Source: an uncultured Chloroflexia bacterium (GTDB taxonomy: Bacteria > Chloroflexota > Limnocylindria > Limnocylindrales > CSP1-4). Taken from it: DNA of 64,000 nt. Shown here in pieces: positions 1 through 10,846 of the stretch (position 1 is the stretch's first letter; every line of letters begins with the position of its first letter). Location of the stretch: NCBI GenBank assembly GCA_963734535.1, contig CAVTHS010000003.1, positions 192,001-256,000 on the forward strand. Reading direction: 5' to 3'. The translations under genes were made by a program, and so were the position numbers. The notes under the pieces are model-generated. The model was given only the letters and a program-made list of their open reading frames with translations. It searched no databases and was not told where the DNA came from.

Positions 1-902
1 ACAAGACGATCGGCGGCGGCGTCCGCCCGGGCGAGCTCCTGCTCATCGGCGGGGCCCAGGGCACCGGAAAGACGACGATGGCGCTCCAGATGGCGCGCAA
101 CGTCGCGTCGGGCGGGCAGGCCAACGTCCTCTACATCTGCTTCGAGCACGAAGAGCACTACCTGCTCAACCGGATGATCGCGATGGAGTCGGCGCTTGCT
201 CACCTGCCGCATCGAACCGGCGCGATCAAGATCCAGGATGTCCGGCGCGAGATCCTCGGGTCGTGGGTCGCCGAGGGTCAGGGTGGTCCCGTGCTCGCCT
301 CGAATCCGCGGCTCCGGCCAAGCCTGGACCGGATCGGCCGCTACGGGCAGAACCTCTTCCTGATGCGCGGCACCCAGACGGCGAGCACGATCGACAACAT
401 CCGGCTTCTCGTCCAGAAGCACCGCGCCATGTCGGGGGATCGCCAGCTGCTCGTGATGGTCGACTACCTGCAGAAGGTGCCGCAGTACCCGGAGCCGAGC
501 TCCGAGACCGAGAAGGTCACCTTCGTGGTGAACGGTCTCAAGGACATCGCGCTCTCGGAGCAGGTCGGCATGGTGGCGATCGTGGCGGCAGACAAGGAGG
601 GCCTCAAGGCCTCCCGATTGCGGAACCACCACCTCCGCGGTTCGTCGGCCATCAACTACGAGGCCGACATCATCCTCATCCTCAACGAGAAGTACCAGAT
701 CGTCGCCAAGGTGAACATCGAGTTCAACCCGTACCAGGCGCAGCGCTTCAGGGACTGGATCATCGTCTCGGTGGAGAAGAACCGGGGTGGCCAGGACAAC
801 GTCGACGTGGAGTTCGAGAAGCACTTCGAGTTCTCCTGCTTCGACCCGAACGGTCGGACGGTGCAGGAGAAGCTGATCGAGGAGCGCCTCTACAACGACT
901 GA
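1..902 (+). CDS. DnaB-like helicase C-terminal-domain / RecA-fold ATPase (5' truncated)
   Basis: Frame is open from base 3 (KTIGGGVRPGELLLIGGAQGTGKTT, Walker A); FEH, VDYLQ (Walker B), GSSAINYEAD and EKNRGG match the DnaB H1-H4 motifs. Confidence 0.75.
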   Translation, partial: KTIGGGVRPGELLLIGGAQGTGKTTMALQMARNVASGGQANVLYICFEHEEHYLLNRMIAMESALAHLPHRTGAIKIQDVRREILGSWVAEGQGGPVLASNPRLRPSLDRIGRYGQNLFLMRGTQTASTIDNIRLLVQKHRAMSGDRQLLVMVDYLQKVPQYPEPSSETEKVTFVVNGLKDIALSEQVGMVAIVAADKEGLKASRLRNHHLRGSSAINYEADIILILNEKYQIVAKVNIEFNPYQAQRFRDWIIVSVEKNRGGQDNVDVEFEKHFEFSCFDPNGRTVQEKLIEERLYND

Positions 903-1004
903 TCGCGCCGGGGGCGCCGGGAGCGGGGACTGCTCCGGCCCCACCCCGCGGGCCGATCGTCATCCCGGGCTGCGCAGGCTGGTCCGGTGTCGTATCGTCC
1001 CGCC

Positions 1005-1523
1005 ATGACCGCATCCCATCGCGCTGACTTCCCGGATACCGTCGAGATCGTGGTCGAGATCCCCCGCGGGAGCCGCAACAAGTACGAGTTCGACGAGGAA
1101 GCGGGGGTCTTCCGGCTGGATCGGATCCTGTCCTCGGCCGTCTTCTACAACTTCGACTACGGCTTCATCGAGGAAACGCGGGCTGCCGACGGGGATCACA
1201 CGGACGCACTCCTGATCATCGACGCGCCGACATTCACCGGCTGTCACGTCTGGGGCCGGCCGATCGGCGGGCTCGAGATGAGCGACGAGAACGGCTTCGA
1301 TTTCAAGGTCCTGTGCGTCGCGATCGGCGACCCCCACCAGGCCCACATCTTCCGCCTCGACCAGGTTCGACCGCATCGACTGGTGGAGATCGAGCACTTC
1401 TTCCAGACCTACAAGCTGCTCGAGAAGAAGGAGACCGAGGTCGTCGGCTGGCGCGACCGGGACGACGCCCTCGACATCCTCCGCGCGGACCGGGCGACGT
1501 GGGGTCGCGAGCACGCCCGATGA
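1005..1523 (+). CDS. ppa: Inorganic pyrophosphatase (family I)
   Basis: EIPRGSRNKYE, LDR, YGFI..T, DGDHTD, DE...DFKVL and FF.TYK.LE motifs. Confidence 0.95.
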   Translation: MTASHRADFPDTVEIVVEIPRGSRNKYEFDEEAGVFRLDRILSSAVFYNFDYGFIEETRAADGDHTDALLIIDAPTFTGCHVWGRPIGGLEMSDENGFDFKVLCVAIGDPHQAHIFRLDQVRPHRLVEIEHFFQTYKLLEKKETEVVGWRDRDDALDILRADRATWGREHAR

Positions 1524-2200
1524 CCCGGGCCGGTCCCGAGCGCTGGGTCCGCCCGCTCGCGCCCGGCGAGCGGCGCCTGTTCATCGCGGTCCCGCTCGGC
1601 GACGCCGCGCGCGAGGCGGTTGCCCGCCTGATGGCCGCTCTCGGCGCGCCGCCCGACGGCGGTCGCGACCCGGATCCGGCCGCACCGCCGTCGGCCCGGC
1701 TGCGCTGGGTCCGCTCCACGAACCTGCACCTGACGCTCCGCTTCCTCGGTGCCACGGCCGCCGCGTCCCTGCCCGCGCTCGAGGCGGCCGTGGATCGGAC
1801 GGCCGGTGCCATGCGCCCGTTCGCGGCCCGCCTCGCGGGAGCGGGAGCCTTCCCGTCGCCGGCGCGGCCCCGCGCCGTCTTCCTGCGGGTCGGCGACGGT
1901 GCGGGTGATCTCGGGGGGCTCGCGGATCGGCTCTCGACGGAGCTCACCGAGGCCGGCTGGCCGCCGGCCGAGCGCCCCTTCGCGGCGCACCTGACGCTCG
2001 CGCGCTCGGATGGCGTGCCGGGTGCATCCGCTGCGGTCGAGGCGCTCAGCTCGGCAGCGGCGTCACTCGACGCGGCCTGGACGGTCGACCGGATCGTCCT
2101 CTTCGAGAGCGTCCTCGGTGGCGGTCCCGCCCGCTACGTGCCGCTCCGGACGGCACCGCTTGACGGCGCCGCCTTGCGAGACCCGGGCGGCGCGTTGTAG
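1520..2200 (+). CDS. thpR: RNA 2',3'-cyclic phosphodiesterase (2H family)
   Basis: RLFIAV, two HLTL motifs (NLHLTLRFLG, FAAHLTLAR); ATGA overlap with ppa stop. Confidence 0.9.
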   Translation: MTRAGPERWVRPLAPGERRLFIAVPLGDAAREAVARLMAALGAPPDGGRDPDPAAPPSARLRWVRSTNLHLTLRFLGATAAASLPALEAAVDRTAGAMRPFAARLAGAGAFPSPARPRAVFLRVGDGAGDLGGLADRLSTELTEAGWPPAERPFAAHLTLARSDGVPGASAAVEALSSAAASLDAAWTVDRIVLFESVLGGGPARYVPLRTAPLDGAALRDPGGAL

Positions 2201-2272
2201 CCTCGTGCCCCGCACGGCGACGGGGCGGTCCCGGACACTTCCACCTCGCGACAGACCCCAGGAGATGCGCGC

Positions 2273-3637
2273 ATGGCGACCAACCGGACCAAGTTCGTGC
2301 TCGACGAGGAGCGCATCCCGCGCGCCTGGTACAACATCGCCGCCGACCTGCCCTCACCGCCGCCGCCTGCGCTCCACCCCGGCACCATGCAGCCGCTCGG
2401 GCCCGCCGATCTCGCGCCGCTCTTCCCGATGGCTCTCATCGCGCAGGAGGTCAGCACGGAGCGGGAGATCGAGATCCCGGAGCCGGTCCGCGACGCCTAC
2501 CGCCTGTTCCGGCCCAGCCCGCTCTTCCGGGCGCACCGGCTGGAGAAGGCGCTCGATACGCCCGCGCACATCTACTACAAGTACGAGGGCCTGAGCCCGG
2601 CCGGAAGCCACAAGCCGAACACGGCGATCCCGCAGGCGTTCTACAACGCCGAGGCGGGCGTCAAGCGCCTGGCAACCGAGACCGGCGCGGGCCAGTGGGG
2701 GACGGCACTCTCGATCGCCGGGGCGCTGTTCGGTCTCGAGGTCAAGGTCTACATGGTCCGGGCGAGCTACGACCAGAAGCCGTATCGCCGGATGCTGATG
2801 GAGGTGTACGGCGCCTCGGTCGTGGCAAGCCCGTCGCTGACCACCAACTACGGGCGGGCCGTGCTCGCCGTGACCCCCGACAACCCAGGATCGCTCGGGA
2901 TGGCGATCAGCGAGGCCGTCGAGGACGCCGCGACCCGCGACGACACGAAGTACGCGCTGGGATCCGTCCTCAACCACGTCCTGCTGCACCAGACGGTCGT
3001 GGGCCAGGAGGCAATCCTCCAGATGGAGATGGCCGGCGAGGAGCCGGACATCGTGATCGCGTGCGCCGGCGGCGGGTCCAACTTCGGTGGGATCGCATTC
3101 CCGTTCGTGGGGCGGATGCTCCGGGGCGAGGCATCGTACCGCGTGATCGCCGCCGAACCCGCGGCGGCGCCGTCCCTGACCCGTGGCGTCTACGCATACG
3201 ACTACGGCGACACCGCGCACATGGCCCCGATCGTCAAGATGCACACGCTCGGCAGCGAGTTCATCCCGGAGCCGATCCATGCCGGCGGCCTGCGCTATCA
3301 CGGCATGGCGCCGATGGTCAGCCTGCTCAAGGATCTCGGCAAGATCGAGGCACGGGCCGTGCACCAGAACTCGACCTTCGCCGCGGGCGTCCAGTTCGCC
3401 AGGACGGAGGGGATCCTCCCGGCGCCCGAGTCGAACCACGCGATCCGCGTCGCGATCGACGAGGCGCTGAAGGCCAGGGAGGAAGGGGTAGCCCGCGTCA
3501 TCCTCTTCAACCTCTCGGGGCACGGGCACTTCGACCTGACTGCCTACGAGCGGTACCTGTCGGGCGCCCTCGAGGATTTCGAGTACCCGACCGAGCGGGT
3601 CGCCCACGCGCTGGCGGCGTTGCCCGTCGTCGGCTGA
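2273..3637 (+). CDS. trpB2: TrpB2-type tryptophan synthase beta-like PLP enzyme
   Basis: [11 protein letters not shown] lysine, [35 protein letters not shown]; AGGAG upstream. Confidence 0.93.
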   Translation: MATNRTKFVLDEERIPRAWYNIAADLPSPPPPALHPGTMQPLGPADLAPLFPMALIAQEVSTEREIEIPEPVRDAYRLFRPSPLFRAHRLEKALDTPAHIYYKYEGLSPAGSHKPNTAIPQAFYNAEAGVKRLATETGAGQWGTALSIAGALFGLEVKVYMVRASYDQKPYRRMLMEVYGASVVASPSLTTNYGRAVLAVTPDNPGSLGMAISEAVEDAATRDDTKYALGSVLNHVLLHQTVVGQEAILQMEMAGEEPDIVIACAGGGSNFGGIAFPFVGRMLRGEASYRVIAAEPAAAPSLTRGVYAYDYGDTAHMAPIVKMHTLGSEFIPEPIHAGGLRYHGMAPMVSLLKDLGKIEARAVHQNSTFAAGVQFARTEGILPAPESNHAIRVAIDEALKAREEGVARVILFNLSGHGHFDLTAYERYLSGALEDFEYPTERVAHALAALPVVG

Positions 3638-3643
3638 GCGCGC

Positions 3644-3673
3644 GTCGGGGCGCCGTCTCCACGGCGCCCCGAC
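3644..3673 (+). terminator. Perfect 13-bp GC hairpin after trpB2 (putative terminator, no U tract)
   Basis: GTCGGGGCGCCGT-ctcc-ACGGCGCCCCGAC. Confidence 0.55.
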
Positions 3674-3692
3674 CGCGGCGTACGATGCGGGC

Positions 3693-3935
3693 ATGCCCCG
3701 TCTTGCCTGCTGGTCGTGCGGCCGGAACATCTACGCGACGTCGCCGCTCGAGTCGCTCTTCGCCGAGGAGCGCCGGTGTCCGCGCTGCGGCGTGGCCATG
3801 AACCTCGAGCGTCGCGACATCGAGCGCCGCGAGCAGCTCCGCCGCCAGAATCCTCCCGCCGACCCCGGGCCGCCGCCCGACGGAGAGCGCCGCGTCGTGG
3901 AGCGGCGGTCCGTCCAGCGACGCCGCGGGCGGTAG
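3693..3935 (+). CDS. Small Zn-ribbon protein with Arg-rich ERR repeats
   Basis: CWSC...CPRC; TACGAT 6 nt before ATG; fills the gap between trpB2 and tyrA. Confidence 0.7.
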   Translation: MPRLACWSCGRNIYATSPLESLFAEERRCPRCGVAMNLERRDIERREQLRRQNPPADPGPPPDGERRVVERRSVQRRRGR

Positions 3936-3972
3936 CGCCTCGCGCACGGCAGCCCGGAACGGGACGCGTCCC

Positions 3973-4854
3973 ATGCACGTCACCTTCCTCGGGCTCGGCC
4001 TGATCGGCGGCTCCGTGGCCCGTGCGCTGCGCGAGGCCGGGGGCTGGACGACGGCGGCATGGACGCCGACGGGAGCGGGACCGGCGCTGGCCCTGGCATC
4101 GGGAACGATCGACGCCGCGCCGGATGACCTCGAGGGTGCCCTCGCAGACGCGGACATGGTGGTGCTCGCGGCGCCGCCGACCGCGTGCCTCGCGCTGCTC
4201 GACCGGCTGGCCGGCGAGGCACGCCGCGCGCTCCCGGCCGCGGCCGTCGTGACCGACGTGGCCAGCACGAAGGCGCTCATCGTCGACCGGGCCGGCTCCC
4301 TCGGCCTGCGGTTCGTGGGCGGCCACCCCATGGCCGGCCGGGAGACGAGCGGCTTTCCCGCCGCGACCGCGACGCTCTTCGTGGGTCGGCCGTGGGTCGT
4401 GGTCCCAGGCGATCCCGCCGACGGCGCGGCCATCGAGCGGGTCGAGCGGCTTGCGCGCGCCACGGGTGCCGTCCCGATTCGGATGGACGCGGTGGCGCAC
4501 GACGCCGCCGTCGCGATGATCAGCCACCTCCCGATGGTGGCGGCGGCAGCGCTCGTGGAGGCGGCGGCCGGCATGGCCGGGGAAGCGCCGCCAGCGGGCT
4601 GGCCCGCAGCCGCGGCCCTCGCGGCATCCGGCTGGCGCGATGCCACGCGACTCGCTCGAGGTGACGCGACGATGGGAGCCGGGATCGCCGTCACGAACGC
4701 CACGGCGCTCGCCGCCGGGCTCCGGGCGTACCGGGACCGGATCGACGGATGGCTCGCGCTGCTCGAGGCGTCGGAGCCCGGCGGGCTCCCCGACGAGGCC
4801 GCGATCCGGGCGCGCCTCGCCTCGGCGCGCGACCGCCTCGGCGGCCCCGGCTGA
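3973..4854 (+). CDS. tyrA: Prephenate/arogenate dehydrogenase
   Basis: GLGLIGGS, TDVASTK, FVGGHPMAG, HD..VA.ISHLP, GWRDATRLA. Confidence 0.92.
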   Translation: MHVTFLGLGLIGGSVARALREAGGWTTAAWTPTGAGPALALASGTIDAAPDDLEGALADADMVVLAAPPTACLALLDRLAGEARRALPAAAVVTDVASTKALIVDRAGSLGLRFVGGHPMAGRETSGFPAATATLFVGRPWVVVPGDPADGAAIERVERLARATGAVPIRMDAVAHDAAVAMISHLPMVAAAALVEAAAGMAGEAPPAGWPAAAALAASGWRDATRLARGDATMGAGIAVTNATALAAGLRAYRDRIDGWLALLEASEPGGLPDEAAIRARLASARDRLGGPG

Positions 4855-4855
4855 C

Positions 4856-5498
4856 ATGGGAGATCCGCCGGGGGAGTCCGTGCTGGTCGTCCCGCGCGCG
4901 GCCCTGATGGGGGCGTCCGGGTGGCGTGGAATCCTGGACCGGGGGACGGAGCCGTACCTGGCGGTCATCGAGCGACGACGGCCGCTTCGCTCCGCGCGCG
5001 CCCATGGAGACCGACCCGAGCTTCAAGCAGGTCATCCCGTACCTGGTCCTGCGTGACAGCGGCGACTACTTCCTGATGCGGCGAACACGGGCCGGCGTCG
5101 ACGCGCGCCTCCACGACCGGTTCTCGATCGGGGTTGGCGGCCACCTCAACCCGGGCGACGTGGACCTGGCCGGCGGCCTGGCCCGCGAGTGGGCCGAGGA
5201 GATCGAAGCCACCTTCGTCCCGGAGTTCCGCCTCGTCGGCCTGCTCAACGACGACGAGACCGACGTGGGCCGCGTCCACGTCGGCGTGGTCTTCATCGCC
5301 GAGGCGGCCGGCCGGCCCGTCGCCGTCCGCGAGCGGCACAAGCTCGAAGGACGCTTCGTCCCGCCGGGCGACGTGCTGGCCGTCCACGAGCGGATGGAGT
5401 CCTGGAGCCAGCTCGTCTTCGACTTCGTGAGCGGCCGCGATGCCGGGGTCCGCGGCGGCACGCCGGGAGACGGCGACGAGACGCCGGATCCGTCCTGA
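4856..5498 (+). CDS. NUDIX-family predicted phosphoesterase (YmaB-like), 1-bp frameshift near 4975
   Basis: N-part VLVVPR in one frame; ETDPSFKQVIPY, SIGVGGH, REWAEEI and VHVG in the next frame. Confidence 0.75.
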
Positions 5499-5568
5499 CC
5501 GCGACGCCGGGCCGTCGCTCGCCGGGCCGCGACGCGCGGGTGCATACTGGCCGTTGAGCCGATTCCAG

Positions 5569-6921
5569 ATGCGCCGACCGATCGTCCTCGCCCGCTCCAT
5601 CCCGCTCGTGGTGGGAATGCTCGCGGTCGCGCTCGCCGCGTTCGCCGGCCCCGTCCACGGCGCAGATCCCGCCGTCGTCGTGCTGCCCACGACCGGCGAC
5701 GTCGACGGGGTGATGGCGCAGTTCCTCGCCGACGGCATCTCGCGGGCCGAACGCGAGGGCGCTCCCGCGGTCATCGTCGAGCTCAACACGCCCGGCGGAA
5801 GCCTCGAGTCGATGCAGAAGATCACGAGCACCTTCCTCGAGTCCCCGGTGCCCGTGATCGTGTGGGTGTCGCCGGCCGGCGGGCGGGCCGCGAGCGCAGG
5901 CACGTTCATCACGCTTGCCGCAAACCTCGCGTTCATGGCGCCCGGGACGAACATCGGCGCGGCGAGCCCGATCGACAGCAGCGGTGCGGACATCCCGGGG
6001 ACGCTCGGCGTGAAGGTCAAGAACGACGCCATCGCGAACATCTCGGCCATCGCCCAGGCGCGCGGGCGACCGGTTGCGTGGGCTGCCTCGACGGTCAGCG
6101 ACGCGAAGAGCTACTCCGCGGCCGAGGCGGTCGCTGCCGGGGGTGTCGACGGGATCGCGGCGACCGAGGCGGACGTGCTGGCGGCGGCGAACGGAAGGAC
6201 CGTCACCGTGGCAGGTGGTCGGCCGGTGACGCTGGCCCTTGCCGGCGTGACGACCGAGGTGGTCGAGCTGAGCCCGTTCCAGGCGGTCCTCCGCGTGCTC
6301 GCGGACCCGAACCTTGCCTTCATCCTGTTCGTGGTCGGCATCCTCCTGCTCGCGCTCGAGCTCGGCAGCCCGAACCTCGTGACGGGCATCCTGGGCGCCT
6401 TCGCCATCCTCCTCGCCTTCATCGGGTTCACCGACCTGCCCCTCAACGTGGCCGGTCTCCTGCTCGTGGGCTTCGGCGTGGCGCTGCTGGTCCTCGAGAC
6501 CCACGTGACCAGCCATGGCCTGCTCGCGATCGCCGCGGCGGCATGCGTCGCGATCGGGGCGGCCAGCCTCTACGGCAGCCCGGGCGTGCCGAGCATGCCT
6601 GGCATCGAGGTCGCGCTGCCAGTCATCGTCGTGATGACCGGGATGACCGCCGCGTTCGGCGCGCTCATCACCCTGACCGCGTACCGGACCCGCCGGATGC
6701 GCTCCAGCACCGTGCTCGTGGGCAACCTGCGCGTCGCCGGTGAGGCCGCGGTCGTCTCGACCGAGATCAACCCGCTCGGCAGCGTGCACGCGGTCGGCGA
6801 GGAGTGGACCGCCCGCAGCGAGGATGGACGACCGCTCGCCCGCGGCGCTCGCGTCGAGGTCGTCCGCCAGGATGGGCTGACGTTGTACGTGTCCCCGGTC
6901 GAGCCCGGCTCGGCCACCTGA
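5569..6921 (+). CDS. nfeD: NfeD-family membrane-bound ClpP-class serine protease
   Basis: Signal peptide, LNTPGG, AASAG, MAPGTNIGAASP, TM bundle, C-terminal OB fold (GEEWTARS). Confidence 0.92.
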   Translation: MRRPIVLARSIPLVVGMLAVALAAFAGPVHGADPAVVVLPTTGDVDGVMAQFLADGISRAEREGAPAVIVELNTPGGSLESMQKITSTFLESPVPVIVWVSPAGGRAASAGTFITLAANLAFMAPGTNIGAASPIDSSGADIPGTLGVKVKNDAIANISAIAQARGRPVAWAASTVSDAKSYSAAEAVAAGGVDGIAATEADVLAAANGRTVTVAGGRPVTLALAGVTTEVVELSPFQAVLRVLADPNLAFILFVVGILLLALELGSPNLVTGILGAFAILLAFIGFTDLPLNVAGLLLVGFGVALLVLETHVTSHGLLAIAAAACVAIGAASLYGSPGVPSMPGIEVALPVIVVMTGMTAAFGALITLTAYRTRRMRSSTVLVGNLRVAGEAAVVSTEINPLGSVHAVGEEWTARSEDGRPLARGARVEVVRQDGLTLYVSPVEPGSAT

Positions 6922-6948
6922 CCCCGCAGCTCGAAAGGAGCGCCCCGC

Positions 6949-7875
6949 GTGGAAGTCGCCGTCCTCTTCGCGATCCTGGTGGCCGTCCTCTTCCTCGGCC
7001 TGCTGCTCCTGTACCTGTCCGTCCGGGTCGTCCAGCAGTACGAGAAGATGGTGGTCTTCCGGCTCGGCAAGACGAACGAGGCGCTCGTCCGCGGGCCGGG
7101 GCTCCGGTTCCTGATCCCGATCATCGACCGACCGGTGAAGGTCGACGTCCGCGAGCAGTTCATCGAGGTCCCCAGCCAGACCACGATCACCAAGGACAAC
7201 GCGCCGATCAACGTCGACTTCCTGATCTACTGGCGCATCAGCGACCCGCTCAAGAGCGTCGTCAACGTCGCCAACTTCAGCGGTGCGCTCCAGGGCGTCG
7301 CGACCACGACGCTGCGGGCCGTCATCGGCGACATCCTTCTCGACGAGGTCCTGTCCCGCCGCGAGCAGATCAACGAGGTGCTCCGCGTCAAGCTCGACGA
7401 GGTCACCGAGCGCTGGGGCGGCAAGGTCACGACGGTCGAGATTCGCGAGATCACGCCGCCGCGCGATGTCCAGGACGCGATGAACCGGCAGCTCTCGGCC
7501 GAACGGACCAGGCGTGCCGTGATCACCGAGTCGGAGGGCAAGCGCCAGTCCGAGATCAACATTGCCGAAGGGTCGAAGCAGGCTGCGATCCTCGACGCCG
7601 AGGGCCGGCGCCAGGCGCAGATCCTCGATGCCGAAGGGTTCAGCCAGGCGCTGGAGCGGATCTACGCCGCTGCGGCGGGCATCGACCAGAAGACGATGCT
7701 GCTGCAGTACCTCGAGGCCCTCAAGGCGCTCGGCGCGAGCCCGTCGACCAAGTTCGTCATCCCGACCGAGTTCACCCGGTTCCTCGAGCCCCTGGCGCTG
7801 ACGCTCGGGGCGGGCCTTGCGTCCGGGGCGGCGACCGGCACCCCGCCGACGCACCCGATGGGCGGCCCGGGCTGA
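6949..7875 (+). CDS. SPFH/stomatin-like protein
   Basis: N-terminal TM, VVFRLG, GPGL, ITKDN, TTLRAVIG, AER.RRA; canonical NfeD partner; AAGGAG RBS. Confidence 0.93.
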   Translation: MEVAVLFAILVAVLFLGLLLLYLSVRVVQQYEKMVVFRLGKTNEALVRGPGLRFLIPIIDRPVKVDVREQFIEVPSQTTITKDNAPINVDFLIYWRISDPLKSVVNVANFSGALQGVATTTLRAVIGDILLDEVLSRREQINEVLRVKLDEVTERWGGKVTTVEIREITPPRDVQDAMNRQLSAERTRRAVITESEGKRQSEINIAEGSKQAAILDAEGRRQAQILDAEGFSQALERIYAAAAGIDQKTMLLQYLEALKALGASPSTKFVIPTEFTRFLEPLALTLGAGLASGAATGTPPTHPMGGPG

Positions 7876-8001
7876 GGGCCCCCCGGGGAACCGCGGGGTT
7901 GCGGCGGCGGCGGTCCGCTATGATCGGCCGCGGGTGGGCCGTGGTCGAGCGGTCATGAGCATGATCGCGCTTCGGCACACGCGGTGAGCCAGGAAGGTCG
8001 G

Positions 8002-9177
8002 ATGTCCGCCAAGATCCTCGTTGTTGACGACGACCCGAACGTCCAGCGCCTCCTGAGCTTCACGCTCAAGCAGGAAGGCTACGAGGTCGTCGTGGCCGGC
8101 GACGGTGCCGAGGGCTTCAAGCTCTGGGCCCAGGACCCGCCCGCCCTCGTCCTGCTCGACGTGATGCTCCCGAAGCTCGACGGCTACCAGGTGGCCGCCA
8201 AGATCCGGGCAGAGGAGGGGACCTCGGGCCACGTCCCGATCATCATGCTCACCGCCGAGAGCGAGGTGGAGCAGAAGATCCGCGGCCTCCGCGCCGGGGC
8301 GGACGACTACCTGGTCAAGCCATTCCACCCGGCCGAGCTCCTCGCCCGGATCAAGAGCCTCCTCGCGAGGTTCGCGCCGCGCGACATGCTCGTCGGCCGT
8401 CCGCCGCTCGGGCGCGTCCTCGCCTTCTACGGCGCAAAGGGCGGCGTGGGGACCACGACGATCGCGATCAACACGGCGATCGCCCTCCATCGCGAGCTGG
8501 GCCGCAAGGTGTGCCTGGTCGACGCGAACCTCCAGTTCGGCGATCACCGCGTGTTCCTCGACCTCGGCCTCGATCGCAAGAGCATCGTCGACGTCGTCAC
8601 TGCCCCGTCGATCGACGCGGACCTCTTCCGCAACGTCGTCGTCAAGCACGACTCCGGGATCGACCTCCTGCTCGCGCCGCCATCGCCCGAGACGGCCGAG
8701 CTCGTCACGAAGGAGCACCTCGCGCATATCCTCGAGACGCTGCGCGGCCTCTACGACTACATCGTCGTCGACGTCGACAAGCGCCTCGATGACACGAACC
8801 TCGGCATCTTCGATGCTGCCGATACCCTCTTCGTGGTCATGACCGCGGACCTCTCGTGCCTCAAGAACGTGCGCCTCGTCCTCGAGACGCTGGGTCACAT
8901 CGGCTACGCCGACGACCGCGTGAAGCTGGTCCTCAACCGGTCGAACGCGTTCACGGGAATCAACGTCAAGAACGCCGAGGGCGCCCTGAAGCGCACGATC
9001 GACCACCTCGTCATCAACGAGTACCGTGGCGCGATCAGCGCCCTCAACTCGGGCGCGCCGGTCATGTTCACGAAGGCCGACTCACCGCTCGGCCGCTCCT
9101 TCCACGACTTTGCCCGCGCGATCGAGAAGCAGCCGCGCGCGGCGACGGGAAGCGCGCTGGTCGCACCGGCCCGCTGA
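8002..9177 (+). CDS. Receiver domain fused to a CpaE/TadZ (MinD/ParA-like) ATPase
   Basis: REC motifs VVDDDP, LLDVMLP, MLTA, KPF; then GAKGGVGTTT, LVDANLQFGD, LVLNR. Confidence 0.85.
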   Translation: MSAKILVVDDDPNVQRLLSFTLKQEGYEVVVAGDGAEGFKLWAQDPPALVLLDVMLPKLDGYQVAAKIRAEEGTSGHVPIIMLTAESEVEQKIRGLRAGADDYLVKPFHPAELLARIKSLLARFAPRDMLVGRPPLGRVLAFYGAKGGVGTTTIAINTAIALHRELGRKVCLVDANLQFGDHRVFLDLGLDRKSIVDVVTAPSIDADLFRNVVVKHDSGIDLLLAPPSPETAELVTKEHLAHILETLRGLYDYIVVDVDKRLDDTNLGIFDAADTLFVVMTADLSCLKNVRLVLETLGHIGYADDRVKLVLNRSNAFTGINVKNAEGALKRTIDHLVINEYRGAISALNSGAPVMFTKADSPLGRSFHDFARAIEKQPRAATGSALVAPAR

Positions 9178-9289
9178 CCTCACGGTCGGGATTGCCCGCG
9201 CACCCCCAGGCACCGGCGGGAGCCCGTCGGTAAGTCCGAGTGAAGCGGCGGGTGGCCGCGGGGTGAGACCGCGCGCCTAGGGTGGCTCC

Positions 9290-10845
9290 ATGCTCGCCAC
9301 CGTGCTCGCCGCCACGCTTCGCGGGCTCGAGGGCCGCCCGGTCCGCGTCGAGGTGGACGTGGCGCCCGGACTTGCCCGGCTTCACCATCGTCGGCCTCGC
9401 GGACGCGGCGCTGCGAGAGTCTCGCGAGCGGGTTCGCGGTGCGCTCCGGAATGCCGGCTTCGTCCATCCGCCCCGCCGCATCACGGTGAACCTCGCCCCG
9501 GCGGACGTCCCCAAGGCGGGCTCCGCCCTGGATCTCGGAATCGCGATCGCGATCCTCGTCGGCTCCGAGCAGCTTCGCCCATCCGGTCGCTGGGCGATGC
9601 TCGGCGAGCTGGGGCTCGGGGGCGAGGTCCGGCCGGTTCCGGGTCTGCTGCCCATGATCGCGGCGCTCGCGCGGCGCGGAGCTGGACGCGTGGTGGTGCC
9701 GGCGGACGCGCTCGACGAGGCCCGCCTCGTGCCGGGGATCGAGGCGCTGCCGGCCGCGTCGCTCGGGCAGGCGGTGGAGCTCGTCCGCGGGCGGCGGGTG
9801 CGCGGCCGCGGGCCGATGACCCGGGCGGAGCTGATCCCCGACGAGGCGGAGCGGCAGCCCCCGACGCCGTCCGAGGATGATGCCTGGCCGGACCTCGCCG
9901 ACGTCCGCGGCCAGGCCGAGGCGCGCCGCGCGCTCGAGATCGCGCTCTCCGGTGGCCACGCGCTGCTCATGATCGGGGCGCCGGGATCGGGCAAGACCCT
10001 GCTCGCACGGACCATTCCCGGGCTTCTTCCGCCGCTCGATCCGGCGGAGGCACACGAGGCGACGGTGATCGCCTCGGTGGCCGGGGAGGGACCCGTCCGA
10101 CGCCTCGTGACGAAGCGGCCGTTCCGGGCGCCGCATCACACGGCCTCCTACGCGGCGCTCGTGGGCGGAGGGCCCGCGGCTGGCGCCGGGTGAGGTGACC
10201 CGGGCCCACCACGGCGTGCTTTTCCTCGACGAGCTGCCCGAGTTCGACCGGGCCGCGCGCGAGGCGCTGCGCCAGCCGCTCGAGGAGGGACGGATCGCCA
10301 TCGCGCGGGTGGGCGGGGCGGTCGAGATGCCGGCCCGTTTCCAGCTCGTTGCCGCCATGAACCCGTGCCCGTGCGGGTGGGCCGGCGACCCTTCCGGGCG
10401 CTGCACCTGCCCCCCTGGCCTGCCGGACCGGTACGCGGCACGGATCTCCGGGCCCTTCCGGGACCGGCTCGACCTCTGGGTCGGTTTGCCGCGCGTGGCG
10501 CCCGCGGCGCTCCTGTCCCGCGGGGAGGGCGAGGCATCGGCGCCGGTGGCTGCGCGGGTCGCGGCGGTCCATGCGCACCAGCTCGCGGCGCGCGGCCGCC
10601 TCGCCGGCCGCCTCACCGGTCGGGCGCTCCGCGCCGCATGCCTGCTGGACGTGAGCGCGGAGCGAACCGCGATCCGGCTGGCCGACGCGGCCGGCCTGAC
10701 GGCACGCGCCACCGAGCGCCTGCTTCGCGTCGCCCGCACGATCGCCGACCTCGACTCCGCTGAGCGAGTTGCCGTCCGCCACCTCGAAGAGGCCGCGCGA
10801 TACCGGGTCCCGGCCACTGCCGCGGCCGCCGCGCGGGCCGGCTGA
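9290..10845 (+). CDS. comM: ComM/YifB Mg-chelatase-like AAA ATPase, frameshifts near 9372 and 10174
   Basis: VRVEVD, FTIVGL, ESRERVR, ITVNLAPAD, GAPGSGKT, FRAPHH, AHHGVLFLDELPEF, AAMNPCPCG spread over three frames. Confidence 0.9.
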
Positions 10846-10846
10846 C

